Part shown: one piece after another, positions 1 to 7,749 of the stretch | Layout: every line of letters starts with the position of its first letter | How positions within the stretch are numbered: position 1 is the stretch's first letter | Source: a virus | Taxonomy: Duplodnaviria; Caudoviricetes | DNA length: 64,000 bases | Virus record (IMG/VR): IMGVR_UViG_3300032305_001732 | Span: 1 to 64,000 of that record | Reading direction: 5' to 3' (one strand) | Translations under genes and position numbers: made by a program | Notes under the pieces: model-generated | What the model was told of the DNA's origin: nothing | What the model saw: the letters and a program-made list of their open reading frames with translations, nothing else | The model's database searches: none

Positions 1-231
1 CTATTCGAGCTGGCTGACACAATTGAAGAGATCAAAACAACCTGCACTGACTGCGGCAGCAAAGCCGTATTTAATTTAAAGCTGCAAAACAATCAGCCCG
101 AATTAGATGGTCCGACAATCGAATTGGGTTGTGAAGAAAAGTATTTGCCTGTGTGCGCAAAATGCTATCAACTACGCCATGCACGCTATATGGCGTATCT
201 CAAAACACAGCAAAAAACTGCGCTGGTGTAG
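1..231 (+). CDS. tdk: Thymidine kinase, C-terminal part (5'-truncated by window edge)
   Basis: Frame 1 reads LFELADTIEEIKTTCTDCGSKAVFNLK...GPTIELGCEEKYLPVCAKCY, the type II TK C-terminal Zn-binding/lasso motif; stop TAG at 229-231. Confidence 0.85.
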   Translation, partial: LFELADTIEEIKTTCTDCGSKAVFNLKLQNNQPELDGPTIELGCEEKYLPVCAKCYQLRHARYMAYLKTQQKTALV

Positions 232-235
232 GCTC

Positions 236-263
236 TTGACAGCTTTGCTCGGCGTGGTATCCT
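236..263 (+). promoter_or_regulatory. sigma70-like promoter
   Basis: TTGACA (236-241), 16 nt spacer, TGG-TATCCT extended -10 (255-263), upstream of 350 ORF. Confidence 0.6.
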
Positions 264-349
264 GCGCGCATTCTCTTCCTGTTACACAACCTAAGCTTTA
301 AATCTTTTGAGCGTAGGTTTCGTAACATTCTTCGCATAGAAAGGATTCT

Positions 350-544
350 ATGGGTCGGCGAGGTTTACGGGCGGTTGATCCAACTCCTGAAGAAATTGAA
401 AAACGTACAGCTGAAATTAGGCTGCGTTGGAGTAAAAAAGACGCGCGTATTTGCGGTTCAGAATTTCGCGCATATCAAGTGCCAGTATTCAGTCCTAAAG
501 ATTTATCGCTTGTGGTCCCGCGTGTTCGTCTTTCCATGGACTAA
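350..544 (+). CDS. Hypothetical protein (64 aa)
   Basis: ORF with GAAAGGA RBS; DPTPEEIEKRTAEIR helix-like segment. Confidence 0.7.
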   Translation: MGRRGLRAVDPTPEEIEKRTAEIRLRWSKKDARICGSEFRAYQVPVFSPKDLSLVVPRVRLSMD

Positions 545-548
545 TCAC

Positions 549-740
549 ATGCAGCAACTCACAATCAAGTTTGGCGATAAAAACCAGTACAGTTTAAATC
601 TTGCTATCGAAGAACACGACATTCCGCGATATGCGCTTGTCTTGCTAGAAGCTGGTCTTAAACTGTCTGCGCTTTGCCCAAATAATTCTGCGGCCAAAGA
701 CGCGCAAAAATTGTTTGACTGGGTCAACACTGCCAGCTAA
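549..740 (+). CDS. Hypothetical protein (63 aa)
   Basis: ATG at 549 directly after upstream stop; MQQLTIKFGDKNQYSLNL... Confidence 0.65.
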   Translation: MQQLTIKFGDKNQYSLNLAIEEHDIPRYALVLLEAGLKLSALCPNNSAAKDAQKLFDWVNTAS

Positions 741-766
741 ATAATTGCCATTTTCCGGGCATATTA
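736..766 (+). promoter_or_regulatory. Bipartite phage promoter motif, copy 1
   Basis: GCTAAAT(736-742)-N15-GGCATATTA(758-766); same spacing in 5 copies. Confidence 0.75.
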
Positions 767-824
767 TTTAGTGCTGTGCGGTTTTGTTATCGCACTGGGT
801 AACCCGTAAAGGGAGTGTGACGTA

Positions 825-1061
825 ATGATCAACGTCAAACGGGATCGGTATGTAAAAGTTGTGAGCGGTCTTCTCGAGACGGCCCACAACATGGTACCCC
901 AGTCAGCGGCTGACAGCGTTGTCAACCGTGAACTGGTCCAGCTGCTGGACACCATCAGCAGCCTTGTGGACGACCACTTGCGGCCGGCAAAGCCGTACGT
1001 GGAGGAGATGATCCACAAGTCGGTTTTCGTCAATCACGCCTTTCAGGAGGTTGACGCATGA
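825..1061 (+). CDS. Hypothetical protein (78 aa)
   Basis: ORF with GGGAG RBS, first gene after bipartite promoter. Confidence 0.7.
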   Translation: MINVKRDRYVKVVSGLLETAHNMVPQSAADSVVNRELVQLLDTISSLVDDHLRPAKPYVEEMIHKSVFVNHAFQEVDA

Positions 1062-1252
1062 AGATAGTTAGAGCGCGATCACTCGACAGTGCGGACAGGA
1101 GACGCTTTGTCGAGCTCACACCGAGAGTATCGCCCGATCTCCAGCGGGAGTTGGAGTTTGAAGCAATGTTGTTCAATTCTGCTTTTGTCAGAGAGACATG
1201 GAAAAAGCAGAAACGCGGTCGCGGCCGTGTTAATGAGGATAAAACCTCGTAA
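1058..1252 (+). CDS. Hypothetical protein (64 aa)
   Basis: ATGA overlap with upstream stop, GGAGG RBS. Confidence 0.5.
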   Translation: MKIVRARSLDSADRRRFVELTPRVSPDLQRELEFEAMLFNSAFVRETWKKQKRGRGRVNEDKTS

Positions 1253-1272
1253 GTGCCTTTAGGCCGCAGCGG

Positions 1273-1466
1273 CGGGCGCGTAAAAAACGCCCGTGTAGGC
1301 ATGGAGTGTCATGTATGGCTGATCACCAGAAAGCACTCCAAGTAAGACAACGTTCCATGCCCCATCGCGACTTGTGCAGGATGGGGAGGGCAGGCCGGCA
1401 GCGCGCAACTGCTGTATGAGAGTCGCTTAAAGCTGATGTGAAGTCTGGCGACGACGTTGTTTTTCA
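1273..1466 (+). ncRNA. Putative structured RNA (pseudoknot-containing) immediately 5' of tRNA-like element
   Basis: Complementary segments CGGGCG/CGCCCG (1273-78/1288-93), GGAGTG/CACTCC (1303-08/1334-39), ACAACGT/ACGTTGT (1347-53/1454-60), CCCCATC/GATGGGG (1360-66/1380-86) with loop GCGACT pairing to AGTCGC (1367-72/1421-26). Confidence 0.35.
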
Positions 1467-1467
1467 C

Positions 1468-1539
1468 GGGGGCGAAGCATTGTTAGTGATGCACGAAACT
1501 TTTAATTTTGTGAATCCGGCGCAACTCCGGACGCCTCTA
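1468..1539 (+). tRNA. Atypical tRNA-like cloverleaf: anticodon TTT (Lys), Ala-type acceptor (G3.U70, A73), T-loop CGCAACT
   Basis: GGGGGCG/CGCCTCT acceptor; GCAT/ATGC D-stem; CGAAA/TTTTG anticodon stem with loop CTTTTAA; TCCGG/CCGGA T-stem; no encoded CCA. Confidence 0.75.
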
Positions 1540-1613
1540 CTGTTGTAATGTCGTGTGCTGCTGTGTATATTGACCGCTGGATTACTAACCCAGTAGTGTC
1601 AAGGATGACAAAT

Positions 1614-2033
1614 ATGCACAGCAAAATAAAAGGAAATATTGGACAGTTTGCGACAAGCTTGGCATTGGCGCAGTTAGGTTTTTCAGTTTTCAGCGAAGAA
1701 GGCGATATCTCAAAAATTGATCTCGTTGCTGAAAAAGCTGGAAAGCTTTTACGGTTTCAGTGTAAAGCCGTTACGCCTGTCGCAGGTAGCCTTCGGTTAC
1801 CGCTCAAAAAAAGCGGGCCGGGCTACAAGTTTGCCTACAAACCCGATATGTTCGATTATTTCGCCGTATGCGATCTTTCTGACGGCGCAGTCTACGTTAT
1901 CGAGGCGGGCGTGTTAGCAGATGTGACAAATACGCTAACATTGCGCAAAGAACGCGCTAAAAACAATCAGACAAAACATGTGCGCATTGCCGCCGATTAC
2001 GAAATAAGCAAAGTGCTTAAAGCTCGGCGGTGA
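1614..2033 (+). CDS. Free-standing PD-(D/E)XK homing-type endonuclease (I-Ssp6803I / PDDEXK_5-like)
   Basis: KGNIGQ...LGFSVF...KIDLV...RFQCK catalytic pattern; FDYFAVCD; located among tRNA genes; start could be 1605. Confidence 0.75.
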   Translation: MHSKIKGNIGQFATSLALAQLGFSVFSEEGDISKIDLVAEKAGKLLRFQCKAVTPVAGSLRLPLKKSGPGYKFAYKPDMFDYFAVCDLSDGAVYVIEAGVLADVTNTLTLRKERAKNNQTKHVRIAADYEISKVLKARR

Positions 2034-2050
2034 CTCAAGGAGGGGGAAAC

Positions 2051-2272
2051 ATGAACTGGATATTTATCGTTTTGTCATTCCTGTGGCCGGTGGTACAACC
2101 CACTGTCCAGCAAGGAGTTCAGAACGTCCAGCAGCGCGTGCAGCAAAGGATGCAGCAAGCGCAGCAACAGCCGACGAAAACTGCGGAGCCGGTTCCGCAG
2201 TATTGGTTCGACGGCCAGAATCTTTACTGCCACTGGAACGGCCAGTGGTGGATTTGGAGAAACAATCAGTGA
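2051..2272 (+). CDS. Small Gln-rich membrane/secreted protein
   Basis: AGGAGGGGG RBS; hydrophobic N-terminus MNWIFIVLSFLWP, Q-rich linker, W-rich C-terminus. Confidence 0.7.
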   Translation: MNWIFIVLSFLWPVVQPTVQQGVQNVQQRVQQRMQQAQQQPTKTAEPVPQYWFDGQNLYCHWNGQWWIWRNNQ

Positions 2273-2280
2273 CAGCAATT

Positions 2281-2556
2281 ATGTTTGAGTACCCGGTGGC
2301 CGAGTGGTTTACCGGCGAATATGCGGAGATCCCAACGCGTATGCAAGAGGCTCTCAAGCGTTACGTAATTGAGCGTTTGCGGCCTGGCGATTTCCTTACC
2401 GCGGTGATCATGAACGATCTCAGAAACGCAGTCGGTTACGCAGATGACGACAATCTGCCGCTGCTCCCGTTGTATGTGCGATGGTTCCACAATATCGCAC
2501 CATCGCGCTGCCACGGTTCGCCTGCAGCGTTTGTGGCGTGGTTAGAAAACAAGTGA
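2281..2556 (+). CDS. Conserved-type phage hypothetical protein
   Basis: IPTRMQEALKRYV...PGDFLTAVIMNDL...AVGYADDDN pattern recalled from small phage proteins. Confidence 0.75.
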   Translation: MFEYPVAEWFTGEYAEIPTRMQEALKRYVIERLRPGDFLTAVIMNDLRNAVGYADDDNLPLLPLYVRWFHNIAPSRCHGSPAAFVAWLENK

Positions 2557-2584
2557 CAAACGCCGCCCACTGGCGTAAATGTGG

Positions 2585-2657
2585 GGGAGCGTAGACCAAC
2601 GGCAGAGTCAAAGGACTTAAAATCCTTCCAGTGTGGGTTCGAGTCCCACCGCTCCTA
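2585..2657 (+). tRNA. tRNA-Leu(TAA), short variable loop
   Basis: GGGAGCG/CGCTCCT acceptor, AAGGA-CTTAAAA-TCCTT anticodon arm, GTGGG-TTCGAGT-CCCAC T arm. Confidence 0.95.
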
Positions 2658-2712
2658 TTATTACGCACGCATGTGCTCACGTGCGCGATTTCTTTAACTA
2701 TCAGGAGAAACA

Positions 2713-2934
2713 ATGGATCATCATGGCAAGTGTCCTGAATGCGGAGCCAACTGGGATGCCGGCCCAATCCCAGAAAAAGACAGAGAACATTACTCACCGC
2801 CATATCGGTTTAGTCGGCTGATCGGTATTGAGTACAGTGATAGATACGACGGCGTATGGGAGTACGCCTGTCCAGACTGTGACGCGAGATTTCCTAGGTT
2901 TGGAGAACCAAATGGAAGAACAAGACAACGCTGA
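2713..2934 (+). CDS. Small zinc-ribbon protein
   Basis: CPECG and CPDCD pairs; CAGGAG RBS. Confidence 0.7.
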   Translation: MDHHGKCPECGANWDAGPIPEKDREHYSPPYRFSRLIGIEYSDRYDGVWEYACPDCDARFPRFGEPNGRTRQR

Positions 2935-3259
2935 GTATGCAGTGTGTAAGTGCCATAGATGCGGTGGCCGACTGCTTGTATCAGAATACAGCGCAACTGT
3001 TAACATGCGCATTGACGGTAAATTGCATCCGGTTGGCGTACGCCGTGTGCCGTGCCAGCGCTGCGAAGATTGCGGTACGGCAACAATGGATGCCAGCTCT
3101 GATGAATATTACGCGTACTATTATCAGCGTTACATAAACGAAAAAGGCCTAAACACATGGCGCCATCGTGCGTGGCGTTACGTTAAACGGCAGTGGCGTC
3201 TATGGGAAACAATGTTTTACCGCGGCCCAATGTGGCAATGGCGGCGAGAACAGCGCTAA
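2912..3259 (+). CDS. YgiT/MqsA-type zinc-finger protein
   Basis: CHRCGG...VRRVPCQRCEDCG pattern; GGAG RBS before ATG 2912. Confidence 0.6.
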   Translation: MEEQDNAEYAVCKCHRCGGRLLVSEYSATVNMRIDGKLHPVGVRRVPCQRCEDCGTATMDASSDEYYAYYYQRYINEKGLNTWRHRAWRYVKRQWRLWETMFYRGPMWQWRREQR

Positions 3260-3267
3260 CAAAACAA

Positions 3268-3341
3268 AGCCGCATAGCTCAGTTGGTTAGAGCGCCTGCT
3301 TTACACGCAGGATGTCGGGGGTTCGAGTCCCTCTGCGGCTA
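3268..3341 (+). tRNA. tRNA-Val(TAC)
   Basis: Canonical cloverleaf AGCCGCA/TGCGGCT, CCTGC-TTTACAC-GCAGG, TTCGAGT T-loop. Confidence 0.97.
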
Positions 3342-3368
3342 ATGGCCTCAATCAAAGAAAGGAAGTGT

Positions 3369-3635
3369 ATGGCGAAAGCGGATTATGCCGTGATTCAGGT
3401 AGATGCTGACAGGGTTTTCCTGGTCGACCTTGATCTGGGCGGTAGATCTGTTACGAACGATGCTGAGGCTGTCTGCGAGGAGATGCAGGCAGCCTATCTC
3501 GGTAGACGCGTGATCTACAGAGATACGATGGGTAGGTGGGATGAGATGCGTGTGGACAAGCACAACAAAATTTTGTTTGTCCCATACGACGAGTACATCC
3601 CTGACTGCGAGATTACCATGATGGAATCTTTGTAG
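3369..3635 (+). CDS. Conserved-type phage hypothetical protein
   Basis: SVTNDAEAV...VIYRDTMGRWD motif; AAGGAAG RBS. Confidence 0.8.
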   Translation: MAKADYAVIQVDADRVFLVDLDLGGRSVTNDAEAVCEEMQAAYLGRRVIYRDTMGRWDEMRVDKHNKILFVPYDEYIPDCEITMMESL

Positions 3636-3647
3636 TTCGATACCAAA
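3627..3647 (+). promoter_or_regulatory. 21-nt repeated intergenic motif, copy 1
   Basis: TCTTTGTAGTTCGATACCAAA; near-identical copies at 9565, 9937, 10898. Confidence 0.65.
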
Positions 3648-3657
3648 GGAGTTTCCA

Positions 3658-3969
3658 ATGGGTAATTATCTCGAGACGCCAGAAAGAATGAATAAAGCCG
3701 AACAGCTTGAGAAACTGTACGGCGCAAAAAGAATAGACAAAGACGCCGCTGAAGATTTAATTGACGAACAACGGGGCGCAGTGATTTGCGTTGTTAAAAA
3801 TCCGTTGTTTGATGCGGCTGCGTTCTGCTGCAGCCCTCAGGAGTTCCGCCGGTTCAATCACCCTATGGATGACAGGCAAAAGACCTGGCTGTTCATTGAA
3901 AACAGGCAACGCGTCTGCGACGACTCGGGCTATACGGCAGACATGAAAGCCATAGCCGAGATGGAATAA
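3658..3969 (+). CDS. Hypothetical protein (103 aa)
   Basis: AAGGAG RBS, intact ORF. Confidence 0.8.
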   Translation: MGNYLETPERMNKAEQLEKLYGAKRIDKDAAEDLIDEQRGAVICVVKNPLFDAAAFCCSPQEFRRFNHPMDDRQKTWLFIENRQRVCDDSGYTADMKAIAEME

Positions 3970-3978
3970 TCACAAAAG

Positions 3979-4079
3979 CCGCGCATGGTGTAATGGTAAG
4001 CACACGAGATTTATATTCTCGGCCCGTAAGGGTACAGGCTGATTACCTGTAGGTCGGGGTTCGAATCCCTGTGCGCGGA
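3979..4079 (+). tRNA. Atypical tRNA-Ile with two anticodon-like arms (TAT and GAT)
   Basis: CCGCGCA/TGCGCGG acceptor, GTGT/GCAC D-stem, CGAGA-TTTATAT-TCTCG, CCC-GTAA-GGG, ACAGG-CTGATTA-CCTGT, CGGGG-TTCGAAT-CCCTG, A73. Confidence 0.85.
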
Positions 4080-4164
4080 TTATTTTTGTGTTATTGTGTA
4101 TTTTCGTGTGCTCTTACCTTTTAATTGTACTGCCTGTCAAAATATTTCACACCCAGGAGTTGTT

Positions 4165-4374
4165 ATGCCAATCGATTTTTCAAGCATGGAAACGGTCTTT
4201 AAGCGTGTTGTAAATATCTGGAGCTGGCGTAAGCCACAGCCAGGAGAAACGCCAGAGCAGTATCGTGAAGCTGCTGCTCACTACGTTGGCCTCAGTGATC
4301 CCGAAGAGGCTGATGCGATTCGTAACGGTGCTGTGTTCACCAAGTTCGATCCACCACTTGTATTTAAGGACTAG
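4165..4374 (+). CDS. Hypothetical protein
   Basis: CAGGAG RBS before ATG 4165. Confidence 0.7.
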   Translation: MPIDFSSMETVFKRVVNIWSWRKPQPGETPEQYREAAAHYVGLSDPEEADAIRNGAVFTKFDPPLVFKD

Positions 4375-4378
4375 CTAC

Positions 4379-5179
4379 ATGGCGGCAAAAACTAGAGTTA
4401 AACTCAAAAAAACTGTTACTGCAAATAAGCCGCAAATTTTTGTGCCCGGCGCTAAACTAAAATCAGAAGAATTTGCAAAAACTCTTACGTGGAATAAAGA
4501 CGGCAGCGTATCGTGCGTTTGTGTAATCGATACGACAAAGCTCAAATGGCTTGACGATCTCGTTACTCTTAAAGAATGTCTACACGCAGTAAGCGCGAGC
4601 GCAGAAGACAGATACGGATTTGACTCATTTGTTGACGATCTGTTTTCTAAAGAAATCCTTGAAAAAAACGGCTACACCATCGACTGCCAGCCACAACGGG
4701 ACAATGAAATCAATCAGCTGTCTAATGGTTTGCCGTCTGATACAGCACCAGAATTTGATGTTATAGGCGTAAACAACAAATTCGTAACAGTGCGTATGAC
4801 TGTTTGTTTTCTGGGCATTGCGCGTTGGATTTATAACACAACGGTTGACTACGCAGTTAAGCTGTGTCGTGATGGTTTTGACAAGCTGACAAAAAACCAA
4901 AAAAATGTTGTTAGTAATATGCTTGACGCGTATTGTGCAAACATTATTTCACCAGAAATGTATGCGTGGGATTCGTTTGAGGAGCAAATAGCTATAGATG
5001 CGCGTAATCAACACGCGCAATTATTTGACGTTTTTCGTCTGCCTTTTGTACCTGCAGATTGGTACAAGACGCAACGTGTTACAACCAAAAAGCTAGAAAC
5101 GTTTTACGCAAAAAAAGCGGCTGAACGAAAAGCAGCAGACGAAGAAAAAAGAAAATTAGCTCGCCTAGAAAAGCCATAA
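4379..5179 (+). CDS. Hypothetical protein (266 aa)
   Basis: Long ORF, AAGGA RBS, basic N- and C-termini. Confidence 0.8.
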   Translation: MAAKTRVKLKKTVTANKPQIFVPGAKLKSEEFAKTLTWNKDGSVSCVCVIDTTKLKWLDDLVTLKECLHAVSASAEDRYGFDSFVDDLFSKEILEKNGYTIDCQPQRDNEINQLSNGLPSDTAPEFDVIGVNNKFVTVRMTVCFLGIARWIYNTTVDYAVKLCRDGFDKLTKNQKNVVSNMLDAYCANIISPEMYAWDSFEEQIAIDARNQHAQLFDVFRLPFVPADWYKTQRVTTKKLETFYAKKAAERKAADEEKRKLARLEKP

Positions 5180-5256
5180 ACAATACGTGGCCCTGTTGGT
5201 TAGAAGCTAATTTGCCTGAATACAATTCGGGATAGCTAATTTTTCCAAGGAGTAGT

Positions 5257-5484
5257 ATGGAGAGAGACACAGTCGAGGTGATGGCAAAAGTCGCGCAAAA
5301 AATAGCGCAGGCTAAAAAAGCAGTTGGTGATTTATTGGACAAGCGTATGTGCAACTACGAGACATACGCTCACATCCGTGACCAGTTAGATGACGGCCAG
5401 GAACTCATGGCCGTTTATTGCGGTTGCGCCCCAATACGGTTAATCACAGGGCAAGTGGACGAGATCATGTCCAACCATGCATAA
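5257..5484 (+). CDS. Hypothetical protein
   Basis: AAGGAG RBS. Confidence 0.75.
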   Translation: MERDTVEVMAKVAQKIAQAKKAVGDLLDKRMCNYETYAHIRDQLDDGQELMAVYCGCAPIRLITGQVDEIMSNHA

Positions 5485-5491
5485 CGCGTAT

Positions 5492-5565
5492 AACTCGGTA
5501 GCCCAATTGGCAGAGGCGGTAGACTTAGGATCTACTTGTTGCGGGTTCGACTCCCGCCCGGGTTA
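5492..5565 (+). tRNA. tRNA-Leu(TAG), short variable loop
   Basis: AACTCGG/CCGGGTT acceptor, GTAGA-CTTAGGA-TCTAC, GCGGG-TTCGACT-CCCGC. Confidence 0.95.
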
Positions 5566-5598
5566 TTATGTCCGATACCTAAAGCAATAGGAGATAAT

Positions 5599-6048
5599 TT
5601 GCCGGAATACGAGACGGTCATTGCAGACGAGACGGCGCACCAAATAGAGTTGCGCCGTCTCGTTCTCGTTTATAACCCAAACTGCTCTACGCATTATCCC
5701 GAGCGGTTAATGATTACTCCAGAAATGACGCTAAAGTATTTTGGCGAATTAATTGAAATTGGGCCCTATACGCAGGAGCTATTCCTTCAAGTTGTAAAGG
5801 ATGATTTTCGTCAGCCAGTTACGCTTGAGAATATGCGCAAGGCCCACATCGGTTTTCAGCACCTCACGGGGTTGCTCGAGCTGTCTTTTAACTACACATG
5901 CCAGCAGTTCAAGTTCGGCTGGAAATACCCTGAGACATATCTCCATCCGAGGTACCAGGGCAACCTCGCCGACATCGCGCTGCTGCTTTCTGACCTACCT
6001 AAACTGCGCGAATTTATTCTGCGCGTTAAGAAAGAAAAGGGAATATGA
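5599..6048 (+). CDS. Hypothetical protein
   Basis: AGGAG RBS before TTG 5599; overlaps next start (ATGA). Confidence 0.7.
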   Translation: MPEYETVIADETAHQIELRRLVLVYNPNCSTHYPERLMITPEMTLKYFGELIEIGPYTQELFLQVVKDDFRQPVTLENMRKAHIGFQHLTGLLELSFNYTCQQFKFGWKYPETYLHPRYQGNLADIALLLSDLPKLREFILRVKKEKGI

Positions 6049-6410
6049 GCGAAGACATCCAGCTCTTCTACACCGAACCCTGCGAAAAGGTGACAGGGTT
6101 CGACATCTTGCTTTCTGATCCTTATGCAGGCGGCGGGTTTAAGACGATCGATATGACCGTCAACATCAGTCTGCAGCAGGTGTGGGAGTTCTTGTGTGAG
6201 GGTGGTGACTGGAGTTTCAAGGTCACCCCGCACAACCAGCCTGACAAGGTTTTTATGACGGGCTCTATCTACCACGATCACGTCCTGCGACATTCTGCGG
6301 ACGGAAAACAGGATTGGCACCTGTGCTTCGCCAATTCGGAAGAAATGGCTGAACTGAAAGAGAAAGTGCACAAAAGGCTCAGAAAGGAAATGTGGAGTGA
6401 GCAAAACTGA
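6045..6410 (+). CDS. Hypothetical protein
   Basis: Translationally coupled ORF, AAGGGA RBS. Confidence 0.75.
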   Translation: MSEDIQLFYTEPCEKVTGFDILLSDPYAGGGFKTIDMTVNISLQQVWEFLCEGGDWSFKVTPHNQPDKVFMTGSIYHDHVLRHSADGKQDWHLCFANSEEMAELKEKVHKRLRKEMWSEQN

Positions 6411-6696
6411 ATTCTTTGAATGCGCTTGTTATTCGCCAGAGCACGTCATGCACTGGAAGTTGGATTTAGACGAGCCAGCAATTCTATTCCTTAGTTTTCA
6501 CCTCACACCTGCTGTGTTGTGGAAACGAATTATGCATGCCGTGATGTATATCTTTGGGTATACGTCACAATACGGCCACTTTGATGAATTCCTTGTCCAG
6601 CAGCAAGACTGCGACAAGCTCATCGAAATCCTTCAGAAGTATAAAAGCGTTGCGGGGAAGTACCCTACAAACGCAGACATTGATCGAATGCGTTAA
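6397..6696 (+). CDS. Hypothetical protein
   Basis: GTG start overlapping upstream gene; FFECACYSPEH motif. Confidence 0.75.
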   Translation: MSKTEFFECACYSPEHVMHWKLDLDEPAILFLSFHLTPAVLWKRIMHAVMYIFGYTSQYGHFDEFLVQQQDCDKLIEILQKYKSVAGKYPTNADIDRMR

Positions 6697-6715
6697 CTAA
6701 CCTTAGAGGTGTTTT

Positions 6716-7108
6716 GTGGAAAAGATGTCGTTAGAGCAGAAGCTGATGTGCATTTACGAGGTCAGCTCGAATAAGAGCAGGGTCGAGCAGCTGCTTGAGC
6801 AGCTAGATCGGTTAGTCATTTTGGCGCAATTGTACGCCTATTCGCCAAGCCCGATGAATAAGTTCGCTGCAGAGTTCATAATTGCGGCCCATGCAGGCGA
6901 GCACGGCGAGCTGCTTAGAGATACGCAGGCCAAGCTCGAAAGCATGTACGAAAGACTTCGTGACTGCGGTGGCGATACTGCTGCTGTGATCGGTATCAAA
7001 AACGAAATGACTGCGTTGAAGTCACAGCTGGAAAGAATTGACCGGTCTTTCGAGGAGCTGTATGACGCCATATCAGCCAAGAAAAAAGAATTTGTGGAGA
7101 TGAATTAA
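6716..7108 (+). CDS. Hypothetical helical protein
   Basis: GAGGT RBS, coiled-coil-like C-terminus. Confidence 0.75.
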   Translation: MEKMSLEQKLMCIYEVSSNKSRVEQLLEQLDRLVILAQLYAYSPSPMNKFAAEFIIAAHAGEHGELLRDTQAKLESMYERLRDCGGDTAAVIGIKNEMTALKSQLERIDRSFEELYDAISAKKKEFVEMN

Positions 7109-7123
7109 CTAAAAGGAGCAGCC

Positions 7124-7726
7124 GTGAAGGTTTATATCGGCCCTTATAGCCACTGGTTCCGTCCGGGTCAGTGGTACAAAGATTGGATGTTGTGGTGGAA
7201 AGGCTTTGGACGCAACGTCGAAATCAAATTGATTAACATCGACGAGCTGGACAAAGCGACTGATCAGATCAAAGACAGTTGGATCTATGACAAGCTCATG
7301 GATATTGAGAACTGGGTGGATAACCGCATTGAACGTAAAGTGCGGGTTAAAATCCACCCATATGACGTGTGGAGCATGGATGACACGTTAAGTCATATCA
7401 TCCTCCCTATGCTGAAACTCCTTAAAGAGAAAAAGCATGGATACCCGATGGTTGACGATGATGATGTTCCCGAAGAGCTGCGCAGTACGGCAGCGTCTAC
7501 GTTGACGAAAGAACAGATCGCCAGTGGTTGGCCTGATGACAATGGGCTGCCGCGGTGGAATTGGGTAATGGATGAAATGATCTGGGCATTCGAGCAAATG
7601 GCCCCAGAAGCCGACGATCAGTTCTTTGTCGCCGGCTACGATCATGAAAACCACACTAAGTGGCAAGAGCGCAAGACTCGTGGTTTTGTGTTATTCGGTA
7701 AATATTTCCAAGCACTTTGGGATTAG
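7124..7726 (+). CDS. Conserved hypothetical protein of T4-like/large myoviruses
   Basis: MKVYIGPY...DVWSMDDTLSHIILPMLKLLKEKKHGYP...GFVLFGKYFQALWD pattern. Confidence 0.85.
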   Translation: MKVYIGPYSHWFRPGQWYKDWMLWWKGFGRNVEIKLINIDELDKATDQIKDSWIYDKLMDIENWVDNRIERKVRVKIHPYDVWSMDDTLSHIILPMLKLLKEKKHGYPMVDDDDVPEELRSTAASTLTKEQIASGWPDDNGLPRWNWVMDEMIWAFEQMAPEADDQFFVAGYDHENHTKWQERKTRGFVLFGKYFQALWD

Positions 7727-7749
7727 TTCTAATTTAGGAGAAAGACAAC

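Noticed and set aside
1250-1540. tmRNA (standard or two-piece), suggested by the GGGGGCG start, G3.U70 and nearby pseudoknot
   Set aside because: Acceptor halves enclose only a tRNA-sized body with a true anticodon arm. The order does not fit the known permuted genes (T-arm/CCA piece first), and no convincing resume codon or tag frame was found.
1540-2050. Group I intron housing the PD-(D/E)XK ORF
   Set aside because: No P7/J8-7 core (e.g. GACUA...UAGUC context) or interrupted exon seen on either side
5189-5240. Possible degenerate tRNA fragment/hairpin
   Set aside because: Only one hairpin (AGCTA/TAGCT, CCTGAAT/ATTCGGG); no T-arm or acceptor stem
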